From contig OZ316894.1 in assembly GCA_973895155.1 (NCBI GenBank), positions 4,054,944 to 4,118,943 on the forward strand: 64,000 nucleotides of DNA, written 5' to 3'. This document shows positions 37,919 through 50,687 of this stretch, in pieces. This DNA comes from Marsupella aquatica (Eukaryota > Plantae > Marchantiophyta). The notes below the pieces were generated by a model, which saw only the letters and a list, made by a program, of their open reading frames with translations, had not been told where the DNA came from and searched no databases. A program made the translations under genes and the position numbers. The first letter of the stretch is position 1, and the number at the start of each line of letters is the position of its first letter.

Positions 37919-38409
37919 CTAACATAAGTAACTCCTGCCTGGAAAGAGGTTACCGGCTAGACTTTTCAGGACAACAGATTATGATTATAAGAGGCCCCTG
38001 CAGAAATGGTTACACACTGGTAACCTCTTCAACCTCTTCTCCTGACAGGAATTAGGGAGGGAGGGAGTGGGTGACTACCAGCATGTCATGGAGTGAGGGA
38101 GGGAGCGAGGGCAGACTTCGACCACCCTCCCTGATGTGCAGGCAGGCCCTCACCCTCAAGTATAGGAGGTCTGGTTTACCATGAGTCCTGAATGTGACAA
38201 CAGCTGACAGATGGCAGCTGGGAAGCTTTGACACACCCTATTGGCCCAGGTTAAAAAAGGAAGTCGTTGCTAAACTACAGAGATTCACTCACAAAAATTT
38301 GGAGATTCACTGGCTTGCTTAATTTGGGAGCACAGATATATGGCATCGCATCACAGCTAGGAGTGGAAGCCTTGGACATCACAGTCTGTGTGGGCAAAAG
38401 CGGAAGATA

Positions 38410-39086
38410 AATTGCGACTGAGTAGTAGTCGCAATCAATTGTCGAGCGCATTCAGCAATTGCAACTGAGTGGTAGTTTTGATCAATTGTCGACTGCATTC
38501 AGCAATTACAACTGGTTGGTAGTTTCGATCAATTTTCTCTCGGTCCTCAATTCAATGCCTTCAATTGACTACTACCAGCTGCAATTGCTGAATGCACTCG
38601 ACAATAATCGCGACCACTACCGAGTCGCAATGCACTCGACACTTTATCGAAGGCCGAATTCAAAGTCGCTTCTCAGGTATGCAATGTGCTCCTGTCGATT
38701 ATAGCTACGAAGTGAAGAGAATTGATCACGACAACTACCCAGTTGCATTTGCTGATCGAATGCGGGGCTGATCGAATGCACTCGATAATTGATCGAAACT
38801 ACTACCGACCGAGTTACAGGTGTTGACAGCATACACAATTAATCTCGACTACTACCCAGTTGCATTTGCTGAATGCACTCGGCAATTGATCTCGACTACT
38901 ACCCAGACAGTTGCATTTGCTGAATGCACTCGACAATTGATCTCGACTACTACCCAGTTGCACTTACTGAATGCACTCCGTAATTAATCTCGACGACTAC
39001 TACCCAGTTGCAATTGCTGAATGCACTGACAATTGATCGAGACTACGTACTATCCAGTTGCAATTGCTGAATGCACTCGACAATTG
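38410..39086. repeat. ~47-bp minisatellite with inverted polarity (reverse copies 38410-38533, forward copies 38565-39086)
   Basis: Unit CTCGACTACTACCCAGTTGCATTTGCTGAATGCACTCGACAATTGAT; period 47 between 38844 and 38891. Confidence 0.92.
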
Positions 39087-39239
39087 TCGTCTTGTCATCA
39101 CAGGAGGATCATCTTCTCCATCTTGAGCGATCGGCATCGATTAAAGGTTGGAACTATGTGGACGAATTGAAATCTGTTCTTTCGCCCGCATCCATATCAA
39201 AGATCCATCCATTATGTTGTGAGTAATGTAATTGACACC

Positions 39240-39955
39240 ATGCCGTACGGATGCATCACACATGGAAAGGCCAAAGTTGGAGAGATTGTCGATCATGTTT
39301 CATCAATGAGTTGGAGTAATCCCTCTCGGGAGAATCGGGACAAGGGAACAGTAATGAAGCCTAGTTCACATCATTTCTCGTCCAGATGGCAGCCACAGCT
39401 AAGAGCAACAGCAAGTGCACAAGTGGAGTCGCAAACGGGAAAAACTGACAGTGCTAAAATACAATGCTGGAGGTCTAACGTTCGATTACTGAACACAATT
39501 CGGATGAGCACAACAAAATCGACGAGGTTCTTCAGAATGCTGATAGGGAGCTAAACATAAATCACGCTAAACAGTCAGATGCGGATCAAGTTAGTTCCAG
39601 TGCGTCCGAGACAGAGGGAGGGTCTGATTCAGACGGAGGGTCGAGTGATTCGTTAGTGGGAGACTCGTGGTGGGAGAGATCGGAGAACCTTTTCCCAGAC
39701 AAGGCCCCGGACAAGGCCTAAACTTCGTACATGTGTCTGGTGGTTATGGCTACAGGGAAGAGCGCTCTATCCGGCCATTGCCTGGGGCAGCTAGGCCCGC
39801 ATCTAACCTCCCTGAGCGATGGGCTGGTCCTGCCTTCCTGAATTTTCCCGATCCGAGTGCCCTTCCCATGCATCCCCAAGTTCCTCCAGTGCGTGAAGAC
39901 ATCTAACATGGAGGCCACGCCAGTGCTAGATGTGGTGGCTCTGGGGGAATCTTGA
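39240..39955 (+). pseudogene. Frameshifted relic of a PNRC/Edc1-motif proline-rich protein gene
   Basis: 39814-39867 reads ERWAGPAFLNFPDPSALP. Removing 4 nt (ATGC, 39868-39871) continues IPKFLQ, restoring the (Y/W)AGxxF..P.PSxLPxPxF motif. Upstream low-complexity sequence is broken across frames; the 5' boundary is uncertain. Confidence 0.6.
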
Positions 39956-40596
39956 TCAGAATACAAACCGGGATCAATGCCGTCATTGTGTACAATTTTG
40001 GTACATGACGTCTTTTTTCTTTTGCAATATCCTAGAAGCTGCAAATTATGGCTCCAATCTCATGGAATGGATCGAGTGCAGTGCTTCGGTCATGTGGCGG
40101 AGATCACAAAGAGAAAAAAAAAACCTTTAAGTTGTCAGACATCCATCAGTACAAATACCTACAATGAAGAAATTCTGACAGTGTAAGCAATAACTGCAAC
40201 AAATGAGTTCATGATTCAATTATAAGTTTCTGGATCACTGTCCTCATATGTCACATTTATTTATTTTTTGGTTTTCTGTTTTATTTCTGAATCCCTCAGT
40301 CTTTCATCAAAACAATTTCAGAGTTCTGGGCAATCAATCTATCTCCTTAAGGAAAGCCCGTAAATTAATAAGTCCAGTACTTTGCCTTCGACCTGGTACT
40401 GGAACTCTATCTCAACTCAATCAATCCAGACGTACTTGCAAACGCGTGACTAATGATCAAAATCAACTGTAGGTTTGATGTCTTCAATGTGTAGTATCGA
40501 TTAATTCTTACTCGAAGGAGCTAAGCAGAATCAATCACGATATATACTTGGAGTCCTGTACTCCATCGACTAGGCATCTACTAATCCACTCCAGTT

Positions 40597-43500
40597 TCAT
40601 TGGTAATGATCTGGAAGCAAGGCGCTGATTGGCCAACGTCTCCGATTTGGAAATTTCACTCGCTTGCCAGATTGGGAAGCAGCGTTGGCACCCAAACTCG
40701 TGGGTTCATATTCTCTGATGACTACATTGGTGTCGGCTGGTGACATGGGTGATTCTGCCGAGTGCAATAAGGAGGATCTCCGAGGCTTGCGACCTTTCGA
40801 CGATTGTAGGGATGGCATGCAGGGATCGCAAAGCTCTTTACGAGGATTAAACTTCACTGGTCTGTTCTTGTACAGGCGATGGCCCGGAGTAGATGGCCTC
40901 CTCTGAAAGCTTTTGGCAGGAATAGGTGGAGGCGCTGCCGCCAGGATCATCTGTGACCTGCGAGCTGTGATCCTTTTCTGGTAATAATTGAAGGCAGGAA
41001 TTAAATCGTGCCGATCGTATAGCGTGTTTGGCTTTAGGGGCATCTTTTGAAGCAATCTGTTGAGTTCAGAAGCTGAGCCTTTCAGCTCTCGCAGCGCGTC
41101 TCGCAGAAGCCTTCCAGCAATCTTCTTGAGGGTCGAATCTTCATTGTCATCTGACGACGTCGGCGTGCTTCCAGTTTCCATGATATGAGTATCTTGATGG
41201 CCACAACCGTCCGGGTCTTCGAATGTTTCGCTTCCTTCGCTCTCAGTGTCCCCGTTGACCTGACATCCAGTTTCAGCCTGGTCCTCTCCTTCGGATAAGT
41301 CCGCACACAAGGACTTCGCCGTTTGGTGTTCAACATCGCTCGTGAGCATCTCCAGAACCTGAATGAAGGAAAAGAATTACCAATACAAAGTTTCTTGACC
41401 CGTTGAGTGATCGATCCAAGCAATTAAATCGTCATACTGGCAGCCTTCTAAAGCCGACTATACGAAACTAGCGCAATCTCAATCTCCATAAATTCTCGAG
41501 TCAAAAGTTACAAGTTTGCTTGCACGTCATATCTAGCGAGTCCCTAATCTATATTGCAAGAAACCAACCTCTCTCATTAGCGGTCGCGCATTGGGATCTG
41601 TTTGGGTGCACCGAGCTGCCACTTTGATCATCCGTAGCACGCAGCAATTGTTGAACTTAGTGCATTCCAATCGCCGATCCAACATTCTCCTTGGGAGGTT
41701 GCGCTCATCCGATGGCTGGACCGCTTCAACTGTCTCTCGGCCCTGTATCAACTCAAACACCAAATATCCAGCACGTAAGGATGCCGAACTAAGAACTGTA
41801 AGATCATACAACTGTCTAGATAGCACGATTAAGGACTTTATGCAATTTAATACCAATTCGTGACCAAGTTGTCTAGCTACGTCTATATATGAATGGACAC
41901 AAATTGCTAGAAGTCTGTCTAGTTAGAAGTTGACATAGTTCTCACCCATTCGCCAAGAAATGTCTCTGTTTTGTTGAGTCGGCAGAAAGCAGGGCGTCCA
42001 GTGATGAGCTCGAACAGAATAACCCCAAAGGCGTAGACATCCTGTGGCATGGAAAGCTTCCCTCCTGGTTCATACTCTGGACCCAAGTATCCGCTAAGCA
42101 CATAATGGACCAAACATCAAAGTGTTAGCCCCAAGCAACGATTGATCCAAGAACTGCTGACACTTTTAAGGTGCAGTATGTTTGATCATCCGTAGCTAGA
42201 GACCAGAGCTCTGTCTCATGAATAGAACATAGCTATCTTCTTAGAGTTTAGGGTTTGATTTGCTTCCTTGTCGTTTCCAGGAATTGAAGCACTCACCGAG
42301 ATTTCTTGTCTCCAGATCGATCTTCATCAATAACTTCGTACCCATCTGCAATACTTCTTGATAGAGAAAATTGTGCGATCTAAGCACATTGTTCAAGTCC
42401 ACGGAGTTCAAAGATCAGCCTTCAATTAAATTGTATGTGTCCATTAGCCCCAAGTGAAAAACATATACCAGATTTATTTACTTCTTAGACCTAGAAGTGT
42501 TCTGGCAATGGATGGAATACAGTCATAATTAAATATTTCTAGCCCATGGTACATATGGTGAGCCTCCTAAATGGCAGCTGACCAGGAACTTAGACGTCGA
42601 GCTAGTTAGAGATACGGAAAGAAGTCCCGATAGCACTAAAACTTGGAAAGATCTGGACTACGAGACTCAGAAGACGCAGAAGACGCAGAAGACGCAGGTC
42701 GGTCACTAGCTCACCAAAGGTGTAAAATCGCGATGGACGAAGACATACGACGAATTGACGTTCCCATGGATAATGCTCTTATCGTGGAGGTAGGCCAATG
42801 CTTTAGCAACTTGGATTGCCAAATTCGCACGATGTGGCCACTGCATTGAACAATTTATATTCTTAACTGCAACCAAGAACGCAGTTGAATCCTTAGTCCT
42901 GCTGAGCTTTGATTTGGCATACTCCTCTCACAACGTCCAACACAAAGCATTTGAACCCCATATGAGCCCAATGGATCGACCAATGATATCGGCCTACTCT
43001 AATCTCAAAGAGATGTAAAAGGGATTATAGAAACTTACCATCCAAATGGAATGACAGGCATCTGTTACAGACGAAACCGAACACCAGGGCTAGGTGGTCG
43101 TCTTTATCGCAGTATCCTACGAGATTGACAATATTCGGGTGTTGTATGGATCTCAACATGTCGACTTCCGAGAAGACTTTCACCTTCTCGTGAGGCTCTC
43201 TTCTAACTACATACACCCGTTGGCCGTCGAGCACTCCTTTGAAGAGTTGTTCGTGTTGATAGCCAAAGTTGTTGTCAGCACTGTAGCCGTCTGTCACTTC
43301 CGCGAGATCCTCCGGAGAGAATCGCCGTAATTTAGTGCAGTAGCCAGAGCGTTGGTTCAGGGGACATTGTGAACATTGCGCAGGTGGTGGAGGACCAACT
43401 GTAGAGTCAACGGAGGCAACGTTCCGCCTGTTGTCCGTTGACTGGTGCAAATTGGAATCTTTAATCGAGTCGATCTGAGTGCTCAGATCTTTAGGTGATT

Positions 43501-43942
43501 TCCAATCCTGAGTTACCGTGATTGGACTAGTCGTGGGGTCCGATTTGCTTCTGGACTTCAGACTTTGAGCTAACTCCAACGACCTCTTAAGGATGAACTC
43601 TTGGCCCACTGTTGAATGGTCCAACAAGTCCCCATGACACGACGTGACTGCAGCATTGGTCTTAGACTCGAGATGAAGCATCGTTAGCGCATAGTCCTTG
43701 TATATGCTAGTTATGCCCCTCCTCAATATGCCCGCCACCTTGACGGGGCTGGTATTCAGATGATCACCGGATGAATCTGATGAGGCCCGATCGGACCTCA
43801 AGGTAGATTGTGGAGAACTCTTGCTTCTGGTTCCCAGACCAGCGGATTCGACTTCCGAGTTCAAGGAACGGCCTGAGTCCCCGTCGTCACTGCCTTTCCG
43901 GGTCACCGTTTCATGCTTGGCTTCGATGCGAGTTTTGCCCAT
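40597..43942 (-). CDS. Receptor-like cytoplasmic pseudokinase (USP-kinase family type, lacking the USP domain), ~740 aa
   Basis: Exons 43942-43039, 42866-42715, 42379-42297, 42093-41946, 41742-41569, 41358-40597 with consistent phases. Kinase motifs [56 protein letters not shown]. Catalytic motifs degenerate. Start codon inferred. Confidence 0.9.
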
Positions 43943-44681
43943 CGATCCAAGCGGTTGTCCGCCCCACAAAAGGCTCGGCAACACCCGAATCGCGCGTGCA
44001 GCCGGTGCCGATTTGATTGGAATTGAATCGAATACGTACGTAGAGTGAAACAAAGGATCATGTAGTAGCTGTTAAATCAATTCTTCTCAGACATCCAAAT
44101 GACACGTTGAGGTCCTTACATGCGCGTCGTATAGCTTTCAAGACCTTCACGATCACGAAAGCTGTGTTAGGAGGCGACAGAGGACACCAAGGCCATCGAT
44201 ACGATGAAAAGGGGTCCTCTAGCTATAGTTTTGATCTGCTTCAATCTGCTCCACTCTGTAGACATCATGTGTTATTGGGTCTACATATATCTAACAAATC
44301 TACCGTGTGAGGACCCCTTGCGAGACTTTCGAACCACGTTGTCGACTTCCCCTAGTGAAAACGTACAATGATCATGCGATCCCAAAGCACTGATGGTGTA
44401 CCGTACGAGAGAGGCTTTCGGCTGGCGAACTGGTGACCTGCTTGGAGTGCGATGTCGGTCGGTCTAGTTGATCTGACTTTGCTGGTCCCGAAAACTGGCA
44501 TGCATCCACATTCAGCAGCTCCACCTCGCTGAATTCACTTGAGGTGCGGCACCAGACCCTCCTTCCGTTGAATCAATGGACGTCCACCACGTCCACAATT
44601 TGCTGTACGTGCGGCACCCATCGCCTTGCACTGGCTTGAGAATGTATGTCGTCAACTCCCTTCACGTATCTCGTTCAACTA

Positions 44682-44684
<3 letters not shown>

Positions 44685-44722
<38 letters not shown>
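44685..44722. repeat. (TC)19 microsatellite, read as GA on the pseudokinase strand, in its 5' region
   Basis: Directly visible, ~740 bp upstream of the inferred ATG. Confidence 0.97.
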
Positions 44723-44727
<5 letters not shown>

Positions 44728-45834
44728 AACAACGAACAAATTGTAGATCTGAACTCTCACTTCTGAAATGACACTCTTAACTGACACTCAAGTCAGCAAG
44801 AATTAACTGGCGTTACGTACTCTCCCTCGTGCATACCATGCCCTCAGTGTTGAAACAGAGCTACGCTCCCCCACTCCCGCCCTCACAGACTCGATGTGGC
44901 AAGCAGTACGTGCACGCGATCGAGTAACTTCACTTATCACCCATGCAGACTGACTGACTGGCTAACGACCTCGAGTGACTTGCTCCCGGTGGCTTGATCT
45001 TCCGCACGGGTGGAAACGCACACTTTGATGCGGTTCAATCGAATGCTTTGGTCTCCAGCTGAATGAACCTGATGCTAAACATTACTCCATGACCTACAGC
45101 AGCAAAACAACTGCTCTTCCTCTGGATTTCGAAGCTAGAAATTTGCGCCAGGCTACAAGTTCCGATGAAGGAATTCAACACTTGCTCCCGACTCTCATGC
45201 TGCAAACAATACTCGTCTACCTTGTCGACGGTCCAAAGGGAGAGGCCAGTGGTGCGGCCGGATTTTGTACTGACGTATAACGGTCCTATCGCACCGATAT
45301 CTCCGTCACAGAAAAAGGAACAGGATAATTACAAAACGTAGGACACTCATCCGTCACAAAGATATAATTCCAATCTCACGAAACATCTTATTTCAGGACA
45401 TCTCAGAATAATCCTTCTCGAATCTTTCGATCTGAACCACAGCCATCCTAAATCAATGCTTCCCCTACGTTACAGAGCTCGAAGAGACACGATTAAACTA
45501 CTCCACTATGCTTGTTTTCTAGCTCTGAGGCATCAGGTGGGTGCCACCACTTCGGCAGCACCTAGGCTGACCATGACGCTCCTGGCCGGCATGATGAGTA
45601 TCAGACTGTCATTGTAAGTGGCATCTCAAGCTTCCTGTCAGGCCTGGACTAGAAGTCCAACATAGCAGGTGTAAAGTCTGGCATATCAACACGTCCATGG
45701 AATTGTAAAGCCAGACTCACTAGTATTGGCTTCCACGCAATCTACTCTTCCCTCCGATTTATCAAACATGCAATAAGGCGCCGAATGATTAGAATACATG
45801 TATGGAGAGCCGGAGATGAGGACAATCAGGGTAG

Positions 45835-46330
45835 ATTTGGAACGCGGTCTGCAAAGACAAAGGAAGGAAAAGTTCACTTATGAATGCAGCATTGTTAATG
45901 TTGCCTTTGGATCATGCCTGGCTAGAGGACAGATTGCGACACTCCCTTGTTGGGAGTGACTCTTGTGCAAGCATTTTGTTGAATCAGATGTAACTTTAGG
46001 AATGGAATGCAGGTCTTACCGCAAATGAATAACACAATGTGCCAAACCTGAGCCGGGGACGAGGACAATGAAGGTAAATTTGGAACGGGGTCTTGCAAAG
46101 GCAAAAGAAGGAACAGTTCAAACTTGAATGCAGCATTGTTAATGTTGCCGTAATTTGAATGATGCCTGGCTAATGGCCAGGTTCAGACACTCCATTGTTG
46201 GGATTGACTCCTTGTGCAGACATTTTATTGAATCAAATGTAAGTTTAGGAATGCTGATGTTACCGCTACTGAATTATAACAAAATGTGCCAAACCTGGAG
46301 ATGGAGACAGGAAGGCCCGACGTCCCAAAT
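45835..46330. repeat. Diverged direct tandem duplication, period ~244 bp
   Basis: TGAATGCAGCATTGTTAATGTTGCC at 45881 and 46125; the following ~170 bp align to AATGTGCCAAACCTG. Confidence 0.88.
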
Positions 46331-49300
46331 CTGGGGAGACGATTGAATAGTCAGGGACGGTGGGAACTCTTGAAGGCACTCCACCTCGAAAGCCGTGCAC
46401 GTGACATGCACGTATGACGTGCATGAAAATCTCAGCCAGAGGCCTTCACTGTAGAGAGCGTTTCCAAGAGGACAAAATCTTGCCTAACATTAACATAACT
46501 TGCTCCTCAACTCTACACACTGAACCGTGTCTAAGTGCAACCTGGAAAAGTGCAGTTCGTGAGTAAGTGCAGGCCGACCTTGTAGTCCTCTAATATTGTA
46601 GCGATTTTCTTTCGAAATGCACCAAAAAAAATGCAGTTTGCCTGAGTGCAAGTAGATGTCACTAAACAACAAAATACCCTCACTGAAGGACAAATAAAGA
46701 AGTGCATTTCAGCCTATACATAAAACGCATGCATTTATCAATTATTGCGACACATACATAAGAAACTTTATTGAGAACTCTAGCAAACTATGTAAAGCAG
46801 TTTCATGCACTTATCCAGTTGAATGGTGCAATATGAGAGCTTAGGGTTTGAGGAGTCCCATGTGTGAGACTGACCTTGCAACACAATAGCATAGTAAAGG
46901 GAATGACTGTGCCTAAATTAACTTACCAGAAGAAAATTAAATCACACATTCCCTACACTTATATGTACTTAGTGCATTCCGGGGATAAATGCTGGCTGGT
47001 AGTGTCTTCCCGGAGCCTGCACTTAGACACGCATGGTTCACTATACATCACACTTCCAAAGCACTTCATGTTGCCTATTGGGATTTGGGAGAGCCCCAAT
47101 GGTTTTGTTTTTATTTTGAGGGTTGGGAGGTGGGATGATGATTTAAAAATTACCAACAAGGCGCCCAAAGGAGTAGTACAGATACCCCTCCCAAACCGTT
47201 TACTGTGAGGCATGGAGACCAAACAATTGAAATTGTTCCTTCTTCTTTTTCTTATGCAATTCATGCAGAAAACGACAGAGTTGTTAAATATGTTAAATGA
47301 TTCTTCAAATGTTTTTATTTGATACTTCAAATTGTCTGGTTTATTGAGACTTTTCTTTAGTTTGGTTTTTTGGTTGGTCCAAACCATTTTTTCATTGTTT
47401 TAAATGAGGGGGCCCGGAACTCGTCTGAATGGGGTGTATTAATTTACGCTTCATAATGCATGTGCTAGCCTTGGTATGTATTAAGTTCACCTACATTGCA
47501 AGGAATATATGGATGATCCTATCTCAACCTAGTCACAAGTCTCACGTGTTCTCCTTGATTAGTGTATTATTTTACTTCCCCTTATGCCATCCAATCGGCC
47601 ATCCAATCGGCTCAGAATGAGTATTTTTCAAATACCATTATCTGAATTCTGATTTACAAATCCTACAAAATTCTTATGTAAATTGATCAATGTGAAATTC
47701 AATGGGACGTAAACGCTTTATATAGTTCTAATTTATATTTTATCCTAAACTTCTCTCACTCAGCTTATACCCACTCTCCTTAAGTTTTTTCAATTGGTTC
47801 ATTGTTTCTAATTGAGGGAAACCCCTTTAAGTTGACTCGAAAGTAAAAGACTCACGGTTAGCCCAGAATCAAACCACAAACCTCATATATTGTCAATGAC
47901 ATACAAGCCAGCGTCCCACCATGCACCACCACTGCGTTTGACCCAAAACTGTGTTTCAGATTGGAAAAAAATAAATTAGTCAACTTATTGTGATTAATGA
48001 TCCTAGTACTTGCCCATGCTCTGACTCTTTACCTTCATTGGGATCATGTACATGCATTTGTTTGGTTTGCTTTGTTTAGGGTTTTTTTGGTTTTTTTTTC
48101 AACTGTAAAGTGAATGAAGATATATGGACATGAAGTTTGTCTAGCATTGACTGGGGCAGTGGCATGCATTGCATATAGTGTAGCTCTGTCTAAGGTAGTC
48201 ACAAGGGAAACAATTGGGATAACTGCACATCAAATAGCAGCACTCTGATCAATACATAGAAGGGACAACATTAGGGGATATACTAAAAGGACAATCCAGT
48301 TTATCATAGTACAGAAAATCCTATCAACCTGTAAGTTGACACTTGCCAAGTAACAAAGTCCTGGACCGTATGCATTGCTTCAGATTTGCTATTTATTACT
48401 TTTTGTCTTGAAAGGAAATGGGAGAAATACAATAAGACTCTCCCCACCCCAGCCAGTGTGACACTTTTTCTTGATTTGCTATTACAGCCCCACAAAATTA
48501 AAAACCAGATAGAACAATCATGCATTCCCGTCTAATGGACCTGGGGTTAGCTTCAATCAAGGAGAATGCAAAGGTTGAAGCTAGCCACCAGGAGCTTTAA
48601 TTAGAGCCAACTTGCATGTGAGTGGCCCTATATTTTCAGGACCCTCAAATTGACTTTGTGGCAAAATATAATTGAGCTAGAGGACAATGCTTTAACTCTC
48701 TCCTCGAGGTGCCCTAGTCATAAACTCAAACTCCAGCATAAAACAAATGGGACACATGTTGTGAATCTTTGCACTGCACCAGGCATCAAATACAGTTGTC
48801 AAAAGGAGATCTGTTATTCCAATAACGTTTTGTGAATGCTGTATTGTTAAGGACGGGTTTAAGGACTTTCACATGCCAGTTGGCTCTTAGTAAGGCAGGG
48901 ACAGGACTGCGTTCAATTTCAATTGGGGTTTCTCTCCCCCATTACATTTGGAAGGCTTACAGTAGTTTATACAGGATCACTCAGGGTTATTGGTCTCTTG
49001 ACCTTCAAGCATGCATGGGCCCAAATATATCTGAATGTTCAAGCTAGATGACTGTGGCCCCATGATTTATCTCTCCACGTCACAAATACTGATATCAAGT
49101 AGACTTTTGTACCAATTGTTAAATTAATGCTGTACCCTGCTTGACACCTTACTGTCCAAGGACGACAATATCCTGGCATATTCCTGATTGAGTTTTCGTC
49201 CAACGTTAACATATGTTAAAGTTGTAGTCTGCTGCTGCAAGACGTTGTAGTCTGCTGCTGCAAGACATCCAACTCTGGGCCGGCGATTACTCCAATGTGG

Positions 49301-50687
49301 GTATTCTCTGTCACGAGCGTCGAGATATTTTGCTATCCTTGAACGCATGGCCACCTTTGACTTCCCAATATAATATCTACTGGAAAGAGTACTAAGGGCT
49401 TCAATCCCCTCCTCTCGATCAGACTTCAGCGGGCTCAACTTCCAACAATCAACCGTTGGGAAAAGACTGGTTGTGTACCCGGACATGATTGTCATAGGGT
49501 GGCCAGTGCCTGAGTTCTCCCGTCACTCGAGTGAGTCCAAACTGGCATCGCGCGTTTTGTCACGAGGACTTTTTGCAACGCTGTGTGATTCCCAGACTGT
49601 CTAGCTCCAAGCGTTGAACATCTCCCACTATTTTCGGCCTTCTGCGTGACTGACTCCGAAGCAGAAATGACTTCGATCTACAGTAAAGTCAAGGGTCCAC
49701 ACAATAGGTACACGACGTGGCGGAGATTGAAGCACGGATATGAAGCAGCGTCAATTTGACTGCAGTAACTTGTAGCTCAGATGGGCAGGTCTGCAGCCCG
49801 ATCATGAGGTTTATTTGAAGGCCAATGCACATTTAATTTCTGTTGTGTGCATTATTTCTACTTCCAATGACATTAAAATCACAGTACTCAAACGCAACGA
49901 CCCTCGTTGGCTGGCGTCCCATCATCCCTAGTGATCGAGCCATTTGAACGAGTTCCCTCCTCTGCAATAGAGTCAGGCATGCATGCATGTCAATGCGTAT
50001 GCTTGTCTTCAAAGACAAATGAAAGAAGCATCAGATATTTGTTTCTTATTACGCTCATCCGACTCTGATCGATCAATTTGCACTCCTTCTAGCTTTACTT
50101 TTCTACTCAAGTTAGGCTTCACGTTCGTCAATATTGCAAGCTGAAATGAAATGAAATACAATAAGCATGGGCCAAATCAGCCGCGCCTAACATGAAATAA
50201 ATATTACATCTGGAAATTTGAAATTATTATTAAGCCAGCTATGAAATTCAAGACTCGGTCACTTGTACACTACGCAGTCAATCCAATAATTGCCTATTTC
50301 TTGGGATCAAAGAACACGGATTATCTGGAAATTTAATACATTCTTTTTGTTGCCAAATGTCTATTTTGATGGCATTAATCACAACAACAATGGAATTGAA
50401 TCACAACAACAATCGCTAATCGTATATTTAGAGCTACTAGCGGAATTGTGCACTTGAATATATATTGAAAGCGGCTCGGTAGACTCAGGTGGCTAGGTGC
50501 TCCGTAGTAGGAGTTTCAAACCATGTGCAGTTACATGCGGGACGGTGACTGAAGGCTCAGCAGGGGTTAATCAGAGAAAGGGTCAACTTAAACACATATC
50601 TAGCTACTGGAGTGCAGGATGCATAATTGTACCTGGCCCTCAGTATCAGTAATTTTGTCCCTCCTGACTCTCGCATTGATGGACAAA

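Noticed and set aside
38410-39086. CRISPR-like regularly spaced repeats
   Set aside because: Units abut without unique spacers, no cas genes are present and the context is eukaryotic.
49124-49495. 123-aa minus-strand ORF
   Set aside because: No motif recognised; it contains a local tandem duplication and an in-frame stop just upstream.
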